Positions 1 through 8,576 of a stretch of DNA of 32,000 nt are shown in pieces (the first letter of the stretch is position 1; every line of letters begins with the position of its first letter). The translations under genes and the position numbers were made by a program. Source of the DNA: Crocosphaera subtropica ATCC 51142 (GTDB lineage: Bacteria; Cyanobacteriota; Cyanobacteriia; Cyanobacteriales; Microcystaceae); contig NC_010546.1 of assembly GCF_000017845.1 (NCBI RefSeq), forward strand, positions 1,980,001-2,012,000, in the 5' to 3' direction. The notes under the pieces are model-generated. The model was not told where the DNA came from and ran no database searches. It saw only the letters and a list, made by a program, of their open reading frames with translations.

Positions 1-1682
1 GCGATCGCCCTATTTACCTTCTACTGGTAGACCAAGACCCCATTTTTCGCTTAGGACTCGCAACGATCTTAAGTAACTATGCTCAATGGGAAATTACGAG
101 TCAAACGGATAACTTAACAGATGCCATAACCCAGTTATCCAATAACACAGTTGATTTAATTATTTTAGAGCCTAATTTAACAGATAAGGGGTTAACCGTT
201 GAAACCTTTTATCAACAAATAAAAGAAATTCAGCCTCAGACAAAAGTATGTTTATTAAGTTATGACCTGAGTTGGGAACGACAGCAAGAATTACAAAAAA
301 TAGGCATCGAAGGATATTGTAATAAAGGGGAACTGATAGAAGTTTTACTAGAAAAGTGGCAAAAAATAATTCAAGGGGAATTGATTTGGCCAATCACTGT
401 TTCTAGTCAATTATCTCAGAGCCATAGAACAATTGCTAAAAGAAACTGGCTTTCTAAAGTTAGAAAATCAGGGATTGAGCAAATTGATAGTAATTTGCAA
501 TTGATTAATCAAAACCTTAATAATCATCTGATTTCTATATGGGATAAAATCTTTTGGCAGGGCAGAAAACGAGAATTATTAACAGCCCGTTGGATAGTTG
601 AACAGTTATTACCAGTTGATGTCATTATTGTCCCTTCGCAAAGAACGAATTCACAAATCATTAGAACAGAAAAGTTGATATCAAAAGGAACATTAGTAGC
701 AACGGGAGAATGGTTGGAAATTTTTGAGAAAACTAATGATAAGCTTCAAAATGATCTTAAAAATTTAACTAACTTTCTTCTAGAAATTGATATTTTAAAA
801 TTTGAAAAAAAACAAGAAATCTTAGAATTAGTTTTAAGGCAATTTGAGAGAATTATTAGTGATTTCAAGTTTATTGAGACGAAAAGTATGCAGTTATCAA
901 GAAATCGGTTATCTATTTTAGAAAGGTTATGGAGAGAATCAGCCTTAATCTTTTTAAGTAAATACTGTCTCAATGAACAACAAGTATCCTTAGAAGACAT
1001 GGAAATCTTAGTAGAAGAAAATGAAGAATTAGTGTCTAATGAGATATTAAAAAAGATTCCTTGTTTTCCAGAATTATTTGATTATATTATTTTAGACACT
1101 GAATCAGAGCTTCCAAGTATTAACCAGTCAAATCCATCAGAAAAAAAGACAGATAATCAAGAAACTATCTTGCATAATGTGGTTATTCAAGTGGCTAACG
1201 GCATTGTGGCTTTAATTTTAAATTATTTTTCTGATAATGAAAAAGTTAAAACCAACTTATATAATATAGATATGGCATCATCAAGGGAAATTGCAAGATT
1301 CAGGAATCGTCTAGCCTGGGAATATAGAAAACAAGAATATTGGCAAGAACCAAAAAATATTTTTGAGAGTCAATATCAACTCTTTTTCTTCACGGAAAAA
1401 GGCATCGATTGCACCGTCATTTATTCTCCCCGTCAACAAGAATTAGAAGCCTTAAGGGGATTGCGTTGGACGGTGACCATTCTCTTAGAAATTAGAGATG
1501 CGATCGCCCCACTGTTACGATCCTTGGTAGGAACCGTTGGCAAAACCTTAGTCTATATTTTAACGCAAGTCATCGGTCGAGGCATTGGCTTAGTGGGTAA
1601 AGGAATTGTACAAGGCATTGGCAATAGTCTTTCCGAAAGAGATTATCCAAACAAACCCACAAGACACAATTCAAAATCCTAA
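1..1682 (+). CDS. Receiver (REC) domain protein with a long uncharacterised C-terminal domain (Ycf55/DUF3685-like, tentative); 5' end lies just outside the window
   Basis: The frame starting at nt 3 is open from the window edge. It reads DRPIYLLLVDQDPIFRLGLATIL...VDLIILEPNLTDKGL...KVCLLSYD...GYCNKG, which matches the CheY-like beta1/beta3/beta4/beta5 motifs. This is the same frame as tracked ORF 381..1682, whose first codon is only an internal TTG. The C-terminus ...LLEIRDAIAPLL...VIGRGIGLVGKGIVQGIG is Gly-rich and hydrophobic. No HTH was recognised. Confidence 0.75.
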   Translation, partial: DRPIYLLLVDQDPIFRLGLATILSNYAQWEITSQTDNLTDAITQLSNNTVDLIILEPNLTDKGLTVETFYQQIKEIQPQTKVCLLSYDLSWERQQELQKIGIEGYCNKGELIEVLLEKWQKIIQGELIWPITVSSQLSQSHRTIAKRNWLSKVRKSGIEQIDSNLQLINQNLNNHLISIWDKIFWQGRKRELLTARWIVEQLLPVDVIIVPSQRTNSQIIRTEKLISKGTLVATGEWLEIFEKTNDKLQNDLKNLTNFLLEIDILKFEKKQEILELVLRQFERIISDFKFIETKSMQLSRNRLSILERLWRESALIFLSKYCLNEQQVSLEDMEILVEENEELVSNEILKKIPCFPELFDYIILDTESELPSINQSNPSEKKTDNQETILHNVVIQVANGIVALILNYFSDNEKVKTNLYNIDMASSREIARFRNRLAWEYRKQEYWQEPKNIFESQYQLFFFTEKGIDCTVIYSPRQQELEALRGLRWTVTILLEIRDAIAPLLRSLVGTVGKTLVYILTQVIGRGIGLVGKGIVQGIGNSLSERDYPNKPTRHNSKS

Positions 1683-1765
1683 ATCACGGCCGAGAGATTC
1701 CCCTAGATGCAGCTTCATCGTTCATAATAAAAATAAAGAGTAATTTTTCTAACAACTAACTGGTT

Positions 1766-3676
1766 ATGAAATACATCTCCTCCTTAACCTCACGACAATA
1801 TCAATCGACTACAATGGTTCAGCCCAAACAACAGAAATCAACGACTCGTCAGCACAGTCGCCAACGTCGTTTAATGGGATGGGGGAAATTAATAACCAGC
1901 GGACTCTTCTTACAATTGTTATTAATAGCCGGCCCTGGTTGGGGACAAGAGGAAAAAGAACAATATAGTTATAGTGAACTGCTCAATGATATTAATGCAG
2001 GAAAAGTAACGGAGGTTGAAATCGATCCCAGACTACAAAAAGCGACAGTTAGCTTTAAAAATCAAGAAAAAACCGAAGAAGTTGCCTTATTAAAACAAAA
2101 TCCCGAACTCATTAACAGCCTCAAAGCCAACGATGTCAAGATAGATTATAGTCCTTCTCCCGATAACTCAGCAATGGTTCGGTTAATGCTACAAATCCCT
2201 TTATTATTGCTGATTTTATTCGTTGTGATTGCCATTGTTCGCCGTTCGGCTAATGTTTCAGGCCAAGCGATGAGTTTTAGTAAATCCCGTGCTAGGTTTC
2301 AGATGGAAGCAAAAACAGGGATTTCCTTCACAGATGTAGCTGGCATCGACGAAGCCAAAGAAGAACTGCAAGAAGTGGTAACCTTCCTCAAAGAACCCGA
2401 AAAATTTACCGCTATTGGGGCAAAAATTCCCAAAGGGGTGCTATTAATCGGTCCACCAGGAACGGGAAAAACCCTCCTTGCTAAAGCCGTAGCCGGAGAA
2501 GCTGGTGTACCCTTCTTTAGTATTTCGGGATCAGAATTTGTCGAAATGTTTGTTGGTGTTGGGGCTTCACGGGTGAGAGATTTATTTAAAAAAGCCAAAG
2601 AAAACGCCCCTTGTCTCATTTTTATCGATGAAATCGATGCGGTGGGTCGCCAGAGGGGTGTTGGCTACGGTGGAGGTAACGATGAACGAGAACAAACCCT
2701 CAACCAATTATTAACGGAAATGGATGGATTTGAGGGTAATACAGGTATCATTGTCATTGCGGCCACTAACCGTCCTGATGTCTTAGATAAAGCCTTAATG
2801 CGCCCTGGACGGTTTGATCGCCAAGTGATGGTAGATTACCCTGATTTTAAAGGTAGACAGGGAATTTTAGAAGTTCATGCCCGTGATAAAAAAATAGATA
2901 GCGAGGTATCCTTAGAAGCCGTTGCCCGACGAACCCCAGGGTTTACAGGGGCTGATCTCTCTAATTTACTCAATGAAGCAGCCATCTTTACCGCCAGACG
3001 ACGGAAAGAAGCCATTACCATGACAGAGATTAATGATGCCATTGATCGGGTGGTTGCCGGGATGGAAGGAACCCCATTAGTCGATAGTAAGAGTAAGCGA
3101 TTAATCGCCTATCATGAAATTGGCCATGCTTTAGTGGCCAGCATGATGACCGGCCATGATCCGGTTGAAAAAGTTACCCTAATTCCCAGAGGACAAGCGA
3201 AAGGATTAACCTGGTTTACCCCAGATGAAGATTCAGGGTTAGTGACTCGCAATCAACTGTTAGCCCGTATTGCTGGTTTACTAGGGGGAAGATCTGCTGA
3301 AGAAGTGATTTTTGGAGACGATGAAGTGACCACCGGTGCTGGTAATGACATCGAAAAGGTGACTTATTTGGCTAGACAGATGGTTACTCGTTTTGGGATG
3401 TCAGAATTAGGATTATTGGCTTTAGAAGAAGACGATCAGGATAATTATGCTGCTTTTGACGAAATTGCCACTAAAGTTGATACACAGGTTAATTTGATCG
3501 TAGAAAAATGTCATGAAAAAGCACAAACCATTATTCGAGAAAATCGGGCGATGGTGGATCAATTAGTAGAAATATTAATTGATCAAGAAACTATTGAAGG
3601 GGATGAGTTTCGTCAGTTGGTAGAGAAATTTAAGCAACCCATTGATTCAGGACCAGAACTGTGTAAGTCAGTTTAA
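1766..3676 (+). CDS. ftsH: ATP-dependent zinc metalloprotease FtsH
   Basis: Walker A GPPGTGKT, Walker B IFIDEIDA, second region of homology [19 protein letters not shown] and zinc site HEIGH are all present, with two N-terminal hydrophobic segments. The start is uncertain; an alternative Met lies at 1814. Confidence 0.95.
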   Translation: MKYISSLTSRQYQSTTMVQPKQQKSTTRQHSRQRRLMGWGKLITSGLFLQLLLIAGPGWGQEEKEQYSYSELLNDINAGKVTEVEIDPRLQKATVSFKNQEKTEEVALLKQNPELINSLKANDVKIDYSPSPDNSAMVRLMLQIPLLLLILFVVIAIVRRSANVSGQAMSFSKSRARFQMEAKTGISFTDVAGIDEAKEELQEVVTFLKEPEKFTAIGAKIPKGVLLIGPPGTGKTLLAKAVAGEAGVPFFSISGSEFVEMFVGVGASRVRDLFKKAKENAPCLIFIDEIDAVGRQRGVGYGGGNDEREQTLNQLLTEMDGFEGNTGIIVIAATNRPDVLDKALMRPGRFDRQVMVDYPDFKGRQGILEVHARDKKIDSEVSLEAVARRTPGFTGADLSNLLNEAAIFTARRRKEAITMTEINDAIDRVVAGMEGTPLVDSKSKRLIAYHEIGHALVASMMTGHDPVEKVTLIPRGQAKGLTWFTPDEDSGLVTRNQLLARIAGLLGGRSAEEVIFGDDEVTTGAGNDIEKVTYLARQMVTRFGMSELGLLALEEDDQDNYAAFDEIATKVDTQVNLIVEKCHEKAQTIIRENRAMVDQLVEILIDQETIEGDEFRQLVEKFKQPIDSGPELCKSV

Positions 3677-3709
3677 CTTTAGGGTGGGCGTTGCCCACCC
3701 TAAAGTTAA
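3673..3709. terminator. Perfect 17-bp-stem hairpin (TTAACTTTAGGGTGGGC gtt GCCCACCCTAAAGTTAA) overlapping the ftsH stop codon; member of the GGGTGGGCnnTGCCCACCC palindromic repeat family
   Basis: The arms 3673..3689 and 3693..3709 are exact reverse complements. There is no clear T-run afterwards, so terminator function is inferred only from position. Confidence 0.55.
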
Positions 3710-3985
3710 CTTAAGTATCTACTGCTTCAAAATTTTAATAATAAGAAATTTAATTCAATATAGTAATCATATCTAAAATTTTTATCTTGGTAATTTAACC
3801 AAAAATACATAATTCAAATTCAACATTAAGATTAATTAAAATTAAACAACCAAAAAGTTGCTAAAATCCTCCTCAAACCCAGTAAAACTAAGGTCTAGAG
3901 CCTGTTTTGCTTTATGTAACATTATTTAAGCAGATACTCAATAAACGCAACAACTTTGAGACAATCAAAAACAGCTTATTAACGT

Positions 3986-4018
3986 GAGTTCGGAGTTCGG
4001 AGTTCGGAGTTCGGAGCT
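3986..4018. repeat. Heptanucleotide tandem repeat (GAGTTCG)x4 plus a partial unit; STRR-like
   Basis: Units were counted at 3986-3992, 3993-3999, 4000-4006 and 4007-4013, followed by GAGCT. Confidence 0.95.
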
Positions 4019-4142
4019 AAATGATTTTTTACTCTTAAAATCCTTTTTTCTACCAAGGACTTCATCAAACTTCCAGTTTCTCCCAAACTCAGCTTATTAG
4101 CGTGTCATTATCACGTCTTATTTAACACATTAGGAGAACGCT

Positions 4143-5669
4143 ATGAAACTGGCTTATTGGATGTATGCTGGCCCTGCACACATTGGCACTCTACGCATCG
4201 CTAGTTCTTTCAAAAACGTCCACGCCATCATGCACGCACCTCTGGGGGATGATTATTTTAATGTCATGCGATCGATGTTAGAAAGAGAAAGAGACTTTAC
4301 CCCTGTGACTGCCAGTATTGTTGATCGCAATGTTTTGGCGCGGGGTTCTCAAGAAAAGGTAGTTAACAATATTGTTCGTAAGGATGGGGAAGAACGCCCG
4401 GATCTCATCGTCTTGACCCCCACTTGTACCTCTAGCATTTTACAGGAAGATTTAGCCAATTTCGTAGAACGGGCCCAAATGGATGCACAAGGGGATGTCT
4501 TATTAGCGGATGTCAACCATTATCGGTACAATGAGTTACAAGCTGCGGATAGAACTTTACACCAAATTGTTAAATTTTACCTGGAAAAAGCCCGTAAAAA
4601 AGAACAATTACCCCAAGGAAAAACGGAGAATCCTTCTGTTAATATTATCGGCATTTCTACTCTTGGTTTTCATAATCAGCATGACTGTAGAGAATTGAAA
4701 CAATTAATGAAAGATTTGGGAATTGAAGTTAATGAAGTCATTCCCGATGGTGCTTCAGTTCACAACTTAAAGAACCTACCGAAAGCATGGTTTAATTTAG
4801 TTCCTTATCGGGAGTTAGGGTTAACAACGGCTCAATATTTAGAGGAAGAATTTAACTTACCTTATGTGGATATTACCCCGATGGGAGTGGTAGAAACTGC
4901 CCGATGTATTCGTAAAATTCAACAGATTATTAATGAGCAAGGGACGAATGTTGATTATGAAGAATATATTAACAATCAAACCTTATATGTGTCTCAAGCT
5001 GCTTGGTTTTCTCGTTCCATTGACTGTCAAAATTTAACCGGTAAAAAAGCCGTTGTTTTTGGAGATAATACCCATGCTGCTGCTATCACTAAAATATTAG
5101 CACGGGAGATGGGAATTCATGTGGTTTTAGCCGGCACTTATTGTAAATATGATGCAGACTGGTTCAAAGAACAAGTCAGTGAATATTGCGATGAAGTGTT
5201 AATTAGTGATGATAATGGAGAAATTGGAGATGCGATCGCACGGATCGAACCTTCTGCTATTTTTGGCACACAAATGGAGCGTCATGTGGGTAAAAGATTA
5301 GACATCCCTTGTGGTGTTATTGCTGCCCCTATTCACATTCAAAACTTCCCCATTGGTTATAAACCTTTCTGTGGTTATGAAGGCACAAATCAGATTGCAG
5401 ATTTAGTGTATAATTCCTTTACTTTGGGTATGGAAGATCATCTTTTAGAAATCTTTGGAGGTCATGATACTAAAGAAGTCATTACTAAAGGAATTTCGGC
5501 TGATTCTGACTTGAATTGGAACAAAGAAGCACAAGCAGAATTGAATAAAGTTCCTGGTTTTGTTCGGGGTAAAGTGAAGCGAAACACCGAAAAATTTGCC
5601 CGTGAAAGGGGATTTTCGGAGATTAGTTTAGAAGTCATGTATGCAGCTAAAGAAGCAGTCGGTGCCTAG
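4143..5669 (+). CDS. chlB: Light-independent (ferredoxin-dependent) protochlorophyllide reductase subunit B
   Basis: The N-terminus [39 protein letters not shown] is characteristic of ChlB/BchB. The product is 508 aa, and GGAG (4133-4136) lies 6 nt upstream of the ATG. Confidence 0.95.
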   Translation: MKLAYWMYAGPAHIGTLRIASSFKNVHAIMHAPLGDDYFNVMRSMLERERDFTPVTASIVDRNVLARGSQEKVVNNIVRKDGEERPDLIVLTPTCTSSILQEDLANFVERAQMDAQGDVLLADVNHYRYNELQAADRTLHQIVKFYLEKARKKEQLPQGKTENPSVNIIGISTLGFHNQHDCRELKQLMKDLGIEVNEVIPDGASVHNLKNLPKAWFNLVPYRELGLTTAQYLEEEFNLPYVDITPMGVVETARCIRKIQQIINEQGTNVDYEEYINNQTLYVSQAAWFSRSIDCQNLTGKKAVVFGDNTHAAAITKILAREMGIHVVLAGTYCKYDADWFKEQVSEYCDEVLISDDNGEIGDAIARIEPSAIFGTQMERHVGKRLDIPCGVIAAPIHIQNFPIGYKPFCGYEGTNQIADLVYNSFTLGMEDHLLEIFGGHDTKEVITKGISADSDLNWNKEAQAELNKVPGFVRGKVKRNTEKFARERGFSEISLEVMYAAKEAVGA

Positions 5670-5674
5670 TTAAT

Positions 5675-5700
5675 TGTAGGGTGGGCAATGCCCACCTTTT
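5675..5700 (+). terminator. GC-rich hairpin GGTGGGCA-a-TGCCCACC followed by TTTT; probable chlB intrinsic terminator and copy of the palindromic repeat
   Basis: The arms are 5680-5687 and 5689-5696, with a T-run at 5697-5700. It lies 6 nt after the chlB stop. Confidence 0.65.
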
Positions 5701-5720
5701 TAAGCTATAAGGAAGATAAA

Positions 5721-6041
5721 ATGTCATCTTTTGAACCTCCTTATTTTGAGATTGTAACTCCTCTTGGTATCAAAGTTCGCACAACACTTTCACATTGGAC
5801 TAAAATTATTACAATTAAACATCCCATTATGGCTGGACAAGAAAATATTGTAAAACAGACTTTACAGTTTCCTACAGAAATACGTCGCAGCAAAACTGAT
5901 TTAGATGTTTATCTGTATTATAAATATCAACTACCTTATTTTGTTTGTGTTGTTGCTAAACATCTTAATAGAGATGGGTTTATTATTACAGCTTATCGCA
6001 CTAATAATATTAAACGAGGTGATTTAATATGGACAACTTAA
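5721..6041 (+). CDS. Small hypothetical protein; putative toxin-like partner of the downstream DUF2283-like gene
   Basis: The tracked ORF starts at 5688, inside the terminator hairpin. The Met at 5721 is preceded by AAGGAAGATAAA. It overlaps the next gene by 13 nt. The sequence ...SHWTKIITIKHP...VYLYYKY...FVCVVAKH...FIITAYRTNNIKRG could not be assigned to a named family from memory. Confidence 0.55.
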   Translation: MSSFEPPYFEIVTPLGIKVRTTLSHWTKIITIKHPIMAGQENIVKQTLQFPTEIRRSKTDLDVYLYYKYQLPYFVCVVAKHLNRDGFIITAYRTNNIKRGDLIWTT

Positions 6042-6235
6042 AAATTTATCATGATCAACAAGCAAAAACATTAACCATTTGGTTTGACGATCCACAAAAA
6101 GAATTTTTAGTTGATGAAGTAGAAGAAAACTTATCTTTAATTAAAGATCAACAAGGAAATATTATTGGAATTGAAAGATTAAATTATTTAGGAACTAAAC
6201 TAGATGCTTCAAAGGTTGAATTTGTTGATTTTTAA
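6029..6235 (+). CDS. DUF2283-like small protein (putative antitoxin-type partner)
   Basis: MDNLKIYHDQQAKTLTIWFDD...IIGIERLNY fits the DUF2283 pattern (Y-D-x-x-x-D-x-L-x-I ... G-I-E). GAGG lies about 10 nt upstream of the start. Confidence 0.65.
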   Translation: MDNLKIYHDQQAKTLTIWFDDPQKEFLVDEVEENLSLIKDQQGNIIGIERLNYLGTKLDASKVEFVDF

Positions 6236-6255
6236 CTCTACTTTAAACTATTAAA

Positions 6256-6276
6256 GTGGGCATTGCCCACCCTACA
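6256..6276 (-). terminator. Inverted copy of the 21-nt palindromic element (GTGGGCATTGCCCACCCTACA); hairpin plus TTTAAT on the minus strand downstream of hicB
   Basis: It is the exact reverse complement of 5675..5695. On the minus strand the stem is followed by TTTAAT. Confidence 0.55.
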
Positions 6277-6290
6277 ACTTAACTTATTAA

Positions 6291-6512
6291 TTATGCTGCT
6301 AAATTAATCACTGTCTTAGGCGTTGGTAGTTGTTTTCCCTCTGCTTGATACCATTCAATTAAGCTTTCTATTGCTTCTTGACCATGTTTTGCTGCTTCCT
6401 CATAAGTCTCTCCGTGAGTATGAAACTGTTGAAAAGGAAAGTCTGGTAAATGAACTAAATAACACTCATCTTCGCTAGACCATTGTATAATCATACTATA
6501 AGGAATATTCAT
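6291..6512 (-). CDS. hicB: HicB-family antitoxin (UPF0150-type)
   Basis: The 73-aa product reads ...IIQWSSEDECYLVHLPDFP...THGETYEEAAKHGQEAIESLIEW, which is HicB-like. Its start overlaps the hicA stop in ATGA (6509-6512). Confidence 0.8.
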   Translation of the reverse strand: MNIPYSMIIQWSSEDECYLVHLPDFPFQQFHTHGETYEEAAKHGQEAIESLIEWYQAEGKQLPTPKTVINLAA

Positions 6513-6715
6513 GATAAATTCTCCAGTTTTTTCAATCTTTGATTAATTTGTTGTTCTAAGTATCGTTTTGCGTCATCTCCATCTTTACCTGCTATTATAA
6601 TAGGTTCATCAGGTAAAAGAGAATGACTCCATACTTTATGACTACCTTTTCCTTGCCGATAAGTAAACCCTGCTTTATGTAATATTTTTTTTAATTCTCT
6701 TATTTTCTTTGGCAT
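6509..6715 (-). CDS. hicA: HicA-family mRNA interferase toxin
   Basis: The 68-aa product MPKKIRELKKILHKAGFTYRQGKGSHKVW is the canonical HicA/YcfA signature. Confidence 0.85.
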   Translation of the reverse strand: MPKKIRELKKILHKAGFTYRQGKGSHKVWSHSLLPDEPIIIAGKDGDDAKRYLEQQINQRLKKLENLS

Positions 6716-6720
6716 ATCTC

Positions 6721-6749
6721 ATTATAATTAAAAACTGTAGACTAAGCAA
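6721..6749 (-). promoter_or_regulatory. Candidate sigma70-type promoter of hicAB: -35 TTGCTT, 17-nt spacer, -10 TATAAT; the -10 box ends 5 nt before the hicA ATG (possible leaderless transcript)
   Basis: The minus strand reads TTGCTT AGTCTACAGTTTTTAAT TATAAT GAGAT ATG. It overlaps a 10-bp inverted repeat (6732-6741 / 6757-6766). Confidence 0.4.
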
Positions 6750-6848
6750 TATATAATCTACAGTTTGTGTTGTAATAGTTGAAAAAAAGCAATTGGTATA
6801 TGGTTAAATAAGGATATAATATATGTTATTTATTTTAATAAATAACCC

Positions 6849-7109
6849 TTAACTATAAATAGAACTACGATGTCCAACCTTGTGAATAATGATACGTTTT
6901 TCTGTAATAACAAAAGAATAAATAACTCGGTAGTCACCTACTCTTAATTTAAAAAGACCACTTAAATTAGCACTTAAAGCTTGATGGTTAACCTGTTCAA
7001 AATTATCCAGTAACCAGCGAACTTTACGCAAAATACGTTCTTGAATAGTTGGAGTCAATGCTTCTATTTCTGCTGTAGCATCTAAAGTAAATTCAACAGA
7101 GTAACTCAT
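6849..7109 (-). CDS. RelE/ParE-family type II toxin
   Basis: The 86-aa product contains ...LFKLRVGDYRVIYSF...IIIHKVGHRSSIY, the hallmark RelE/ParE C-terminal motif. It overlaps the upstream antitoxin gene by 1 nt (TAATG). Confidence 0.85.
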   Translation of the reverse strand: MSYSVEFTLDATAEIEALTPTIQERILRKVRWLLDNFEQVNHQALSANLSGLFKLRVGDYRVIYSFVITEKRIIIHKVGHRSSIYS

Positions 7110-7324
7110 TACCAGTTTAATCCTAGTTTTTTCGCTACTTCTTCGGCTGAAATTCCTTTTTCTCCTTTTTCAGTACGTTTTAGAGAATTAAGAAGTTGTT
7201 CTTTTACTTCTGGTTTAATTTCTTTATTGTCGTCTGGATCAAACAGAATAGAATTGATAGTTTCTTCAACGGTTTCTTGAATTAACTGTTTAAGTTCGTC
7301 TACCGTGAGCTCTTTAACTTGCAT
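7109..7324 (-). CDS. Cognate antitoxin of the RelE/ParE-like toxin
   Basis: The product is 71 aa and acidic, lies immediately upstream of the toxin, and overlaps it for translational coupling. The family was not recognised beyond this context. Confidence 0.7.
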   Translation of the reverse strand: MQVKELTVDELKQLIQETVEETINSILFDPDDNKEIKPEVKEQLLNSLKRTEKGEKGISAEEVAKKLGLNW

Positions 7325-7532
7325 AATTTAACACAAAAAGTCTTGATTAATTACTTCACATTTTAGCATAATCTTATGAATTGGATATAACTAAACTTAT
7401 TTTATTAGCTCAATTAGCTAACTATTGTAACTTTTAAACCTAAGCTTTTTTAATTCCTTGTAATCATTTAATAATCAATCTAAAAATTTAAGAGTAAAAT
7501 TAAAGAAGGATTAATGGGTTAGAACATAGAGA

Positions 7533-8561
7533 ATGCAGTTTATCGATCGCGCAGAAATCGAAGTGGAAGGAGGAAAGGGAGGGGATGGTATTGTAGCCTT
7601 CCGACGGGAAAAATATGTACCAGCAGGAGGCCCAGCAGGGGGAAATGGTGGAAAAGGGGGATCAGTGGTCCTCAAAGCAGAAGAAAACCTACAAACTTTA
7701 TTAGACTTCCGTTATGCACGCCGTTTCAAAGCAGATGACGGTAAACGAGGGGGTCCCAATAACTGCACCGGGGCGATGGGAAAAGATACCATTGTGGAGG
7801 TTCCCTGCGGTACAGTAGTCTATGACCTAGAAACCGAAGAAATCTTAGGAGATTTAGTCAAAAATGGTCAAACCCTTTGCGTTGCTCAAGGGGGAAAAGG
7901 AGGGTTAGGAAATAAACACTTTCTCAGTAACCAAAATAGGGCCCCAGAATACGCTTTACCAGGTTTAGAAGGGGAACACCGCAACCTCAGATTAGAATTG
8001 AAGTTATTAGCAGAAGTGGGGATTATTGGCTTACCGAATGCGGGAAAATCCACGTTAATCGCTTCATTATCCGCTGCCCGTCCTAAAATTGCTGATTATC
8101 CCTTTACGACTTTAGTGCCTAACCTGGGAGTGGTGCGAAAACCGACCGGGGACGGAACCGTATTTGCTGATATTCCTGGGTTGATCGCAGGGGCCCACGA
8201 AGGGATCGGGTTGGGCCATGAATTTTTACGACACATTGAGCGCACCCGTCTGCTCTTGCATCTGGTGGATGTCACGTCTGCTGATCCTATCGCTGACTAT
8301 GAGGTGATCCAACAGGAATTAACTGCTTATGGACGAGGATTAAGCGATCGCCCTCAAATTATAGCTCTTAATAAAGTCGATGCTTGCGATCAAGATACCC
8401 TAGACTTAATTGCAGAAGAATTACAACAGTTAAGTCAATCTGAAATTTTTACTATTTCTGCTGTTACCAAAACAGGAGTTGAGGAACTATTACAAGCCAT
8501 TTGGCATCGTTTAGACCAAGCAACCAGTAACCATCAAGATAGCTCTCTTCCTTTAGTTTAA
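7533..8561 (+). CDS. obg: GTPase Obg/CgtA
   Basis: The Gly-rich Obg fold [45 protein letters not shown] is present, together with G1 [10 protein letters not shown]3 DIPG and G4 NKVD. Confidence 0.95.
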   Translation: MQFIDRAEIEVEGGKGGDGIVAFRREKYVPAGGPAGGNGGKGGSVVLKAEENLQTLLDFRYARRFKADDGKRGGPNNCTGAMGKDTIVEVPCGTVVYDLETEEILGDLVKNGQTLCVAQGGKGGLGNKHFLSNQNRAPEYALPGLEGEHRNLRLELKLLAEVGIIGLPNAGKSTLIASLSAARPKIADYPFTTLVPNLGVVRKPTGDGTVFADIPGLIAGAHEGIGLGHEFLRHIERTRLLLHLVDVTSADPIADYEVIQQELTAYGRGLSDRPQIIALNKVDACDQDTLDLIAEELQQLSQSEIFTISAVTKTGVEELLQAIWHRLDQATSNHQDSSLPLV

Positions 8562-8576
8562 TGAGAAGAGAGCTAT
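8539..8576. terminator. 12-bp-stem hairpin (ATAGCTCTCTTC ... GAAGAGAGCTAT) spanning the obg stop codon; possibly a bidirectional terminator
   Basis: The arms 8539-8550 and 8565-8576 are exact complements with a 14-nt loop. The T-run is weak (TTTAT). Confidence 0.5.

Noticed and set aside
172-1000. Minus-strand ORFs 172..393 and 746..1000
   Set aside because: Both lie antisense inside the much longer receiver-domain CDS. Their products are low-complexity, AT-codon-driven peptides with no motifs or RBS.
2299-2619. Minus-strand ORF inside ftsH
   Set aside because: It is antisense to the best-conserved AAA+ core of ftsH and is a compositional artefact.
3710-3971. Hidden gene or ncRNA in the long AT-rich ftsH-chlB spacer
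   Set aside because: The only ORF is a 27-codon AT-rich one on the minus strand (MYFWLNYQDKNF...) without an RBS. I could see no conserved-looking structure by eye, so RNA-seq would be needed to judge this.
3986-4018. Possibility that the tandem repeats here (and at 25287, 27325 and 30295) are CRISPR arrays
   Set aside because: The units are 7 nt long and contiguous with no spacers, and no cas genes are present. These are STRR-type microsatellites.
4510-4698. Alternative-frame ORF inside chlB
   Set aside because: It overlaps the strongly supported chlB frame and encodes a short, unrecognisable peptide.
5688-5720. Upstream extension of the 5721 ORF (tracked start 5688)
   Set aside because: The ATG at 5688 sits in the loop and 3' arm of the chlB terminator hairpin. 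The downstream Met at 5721 has an AAGGA-type RBS.
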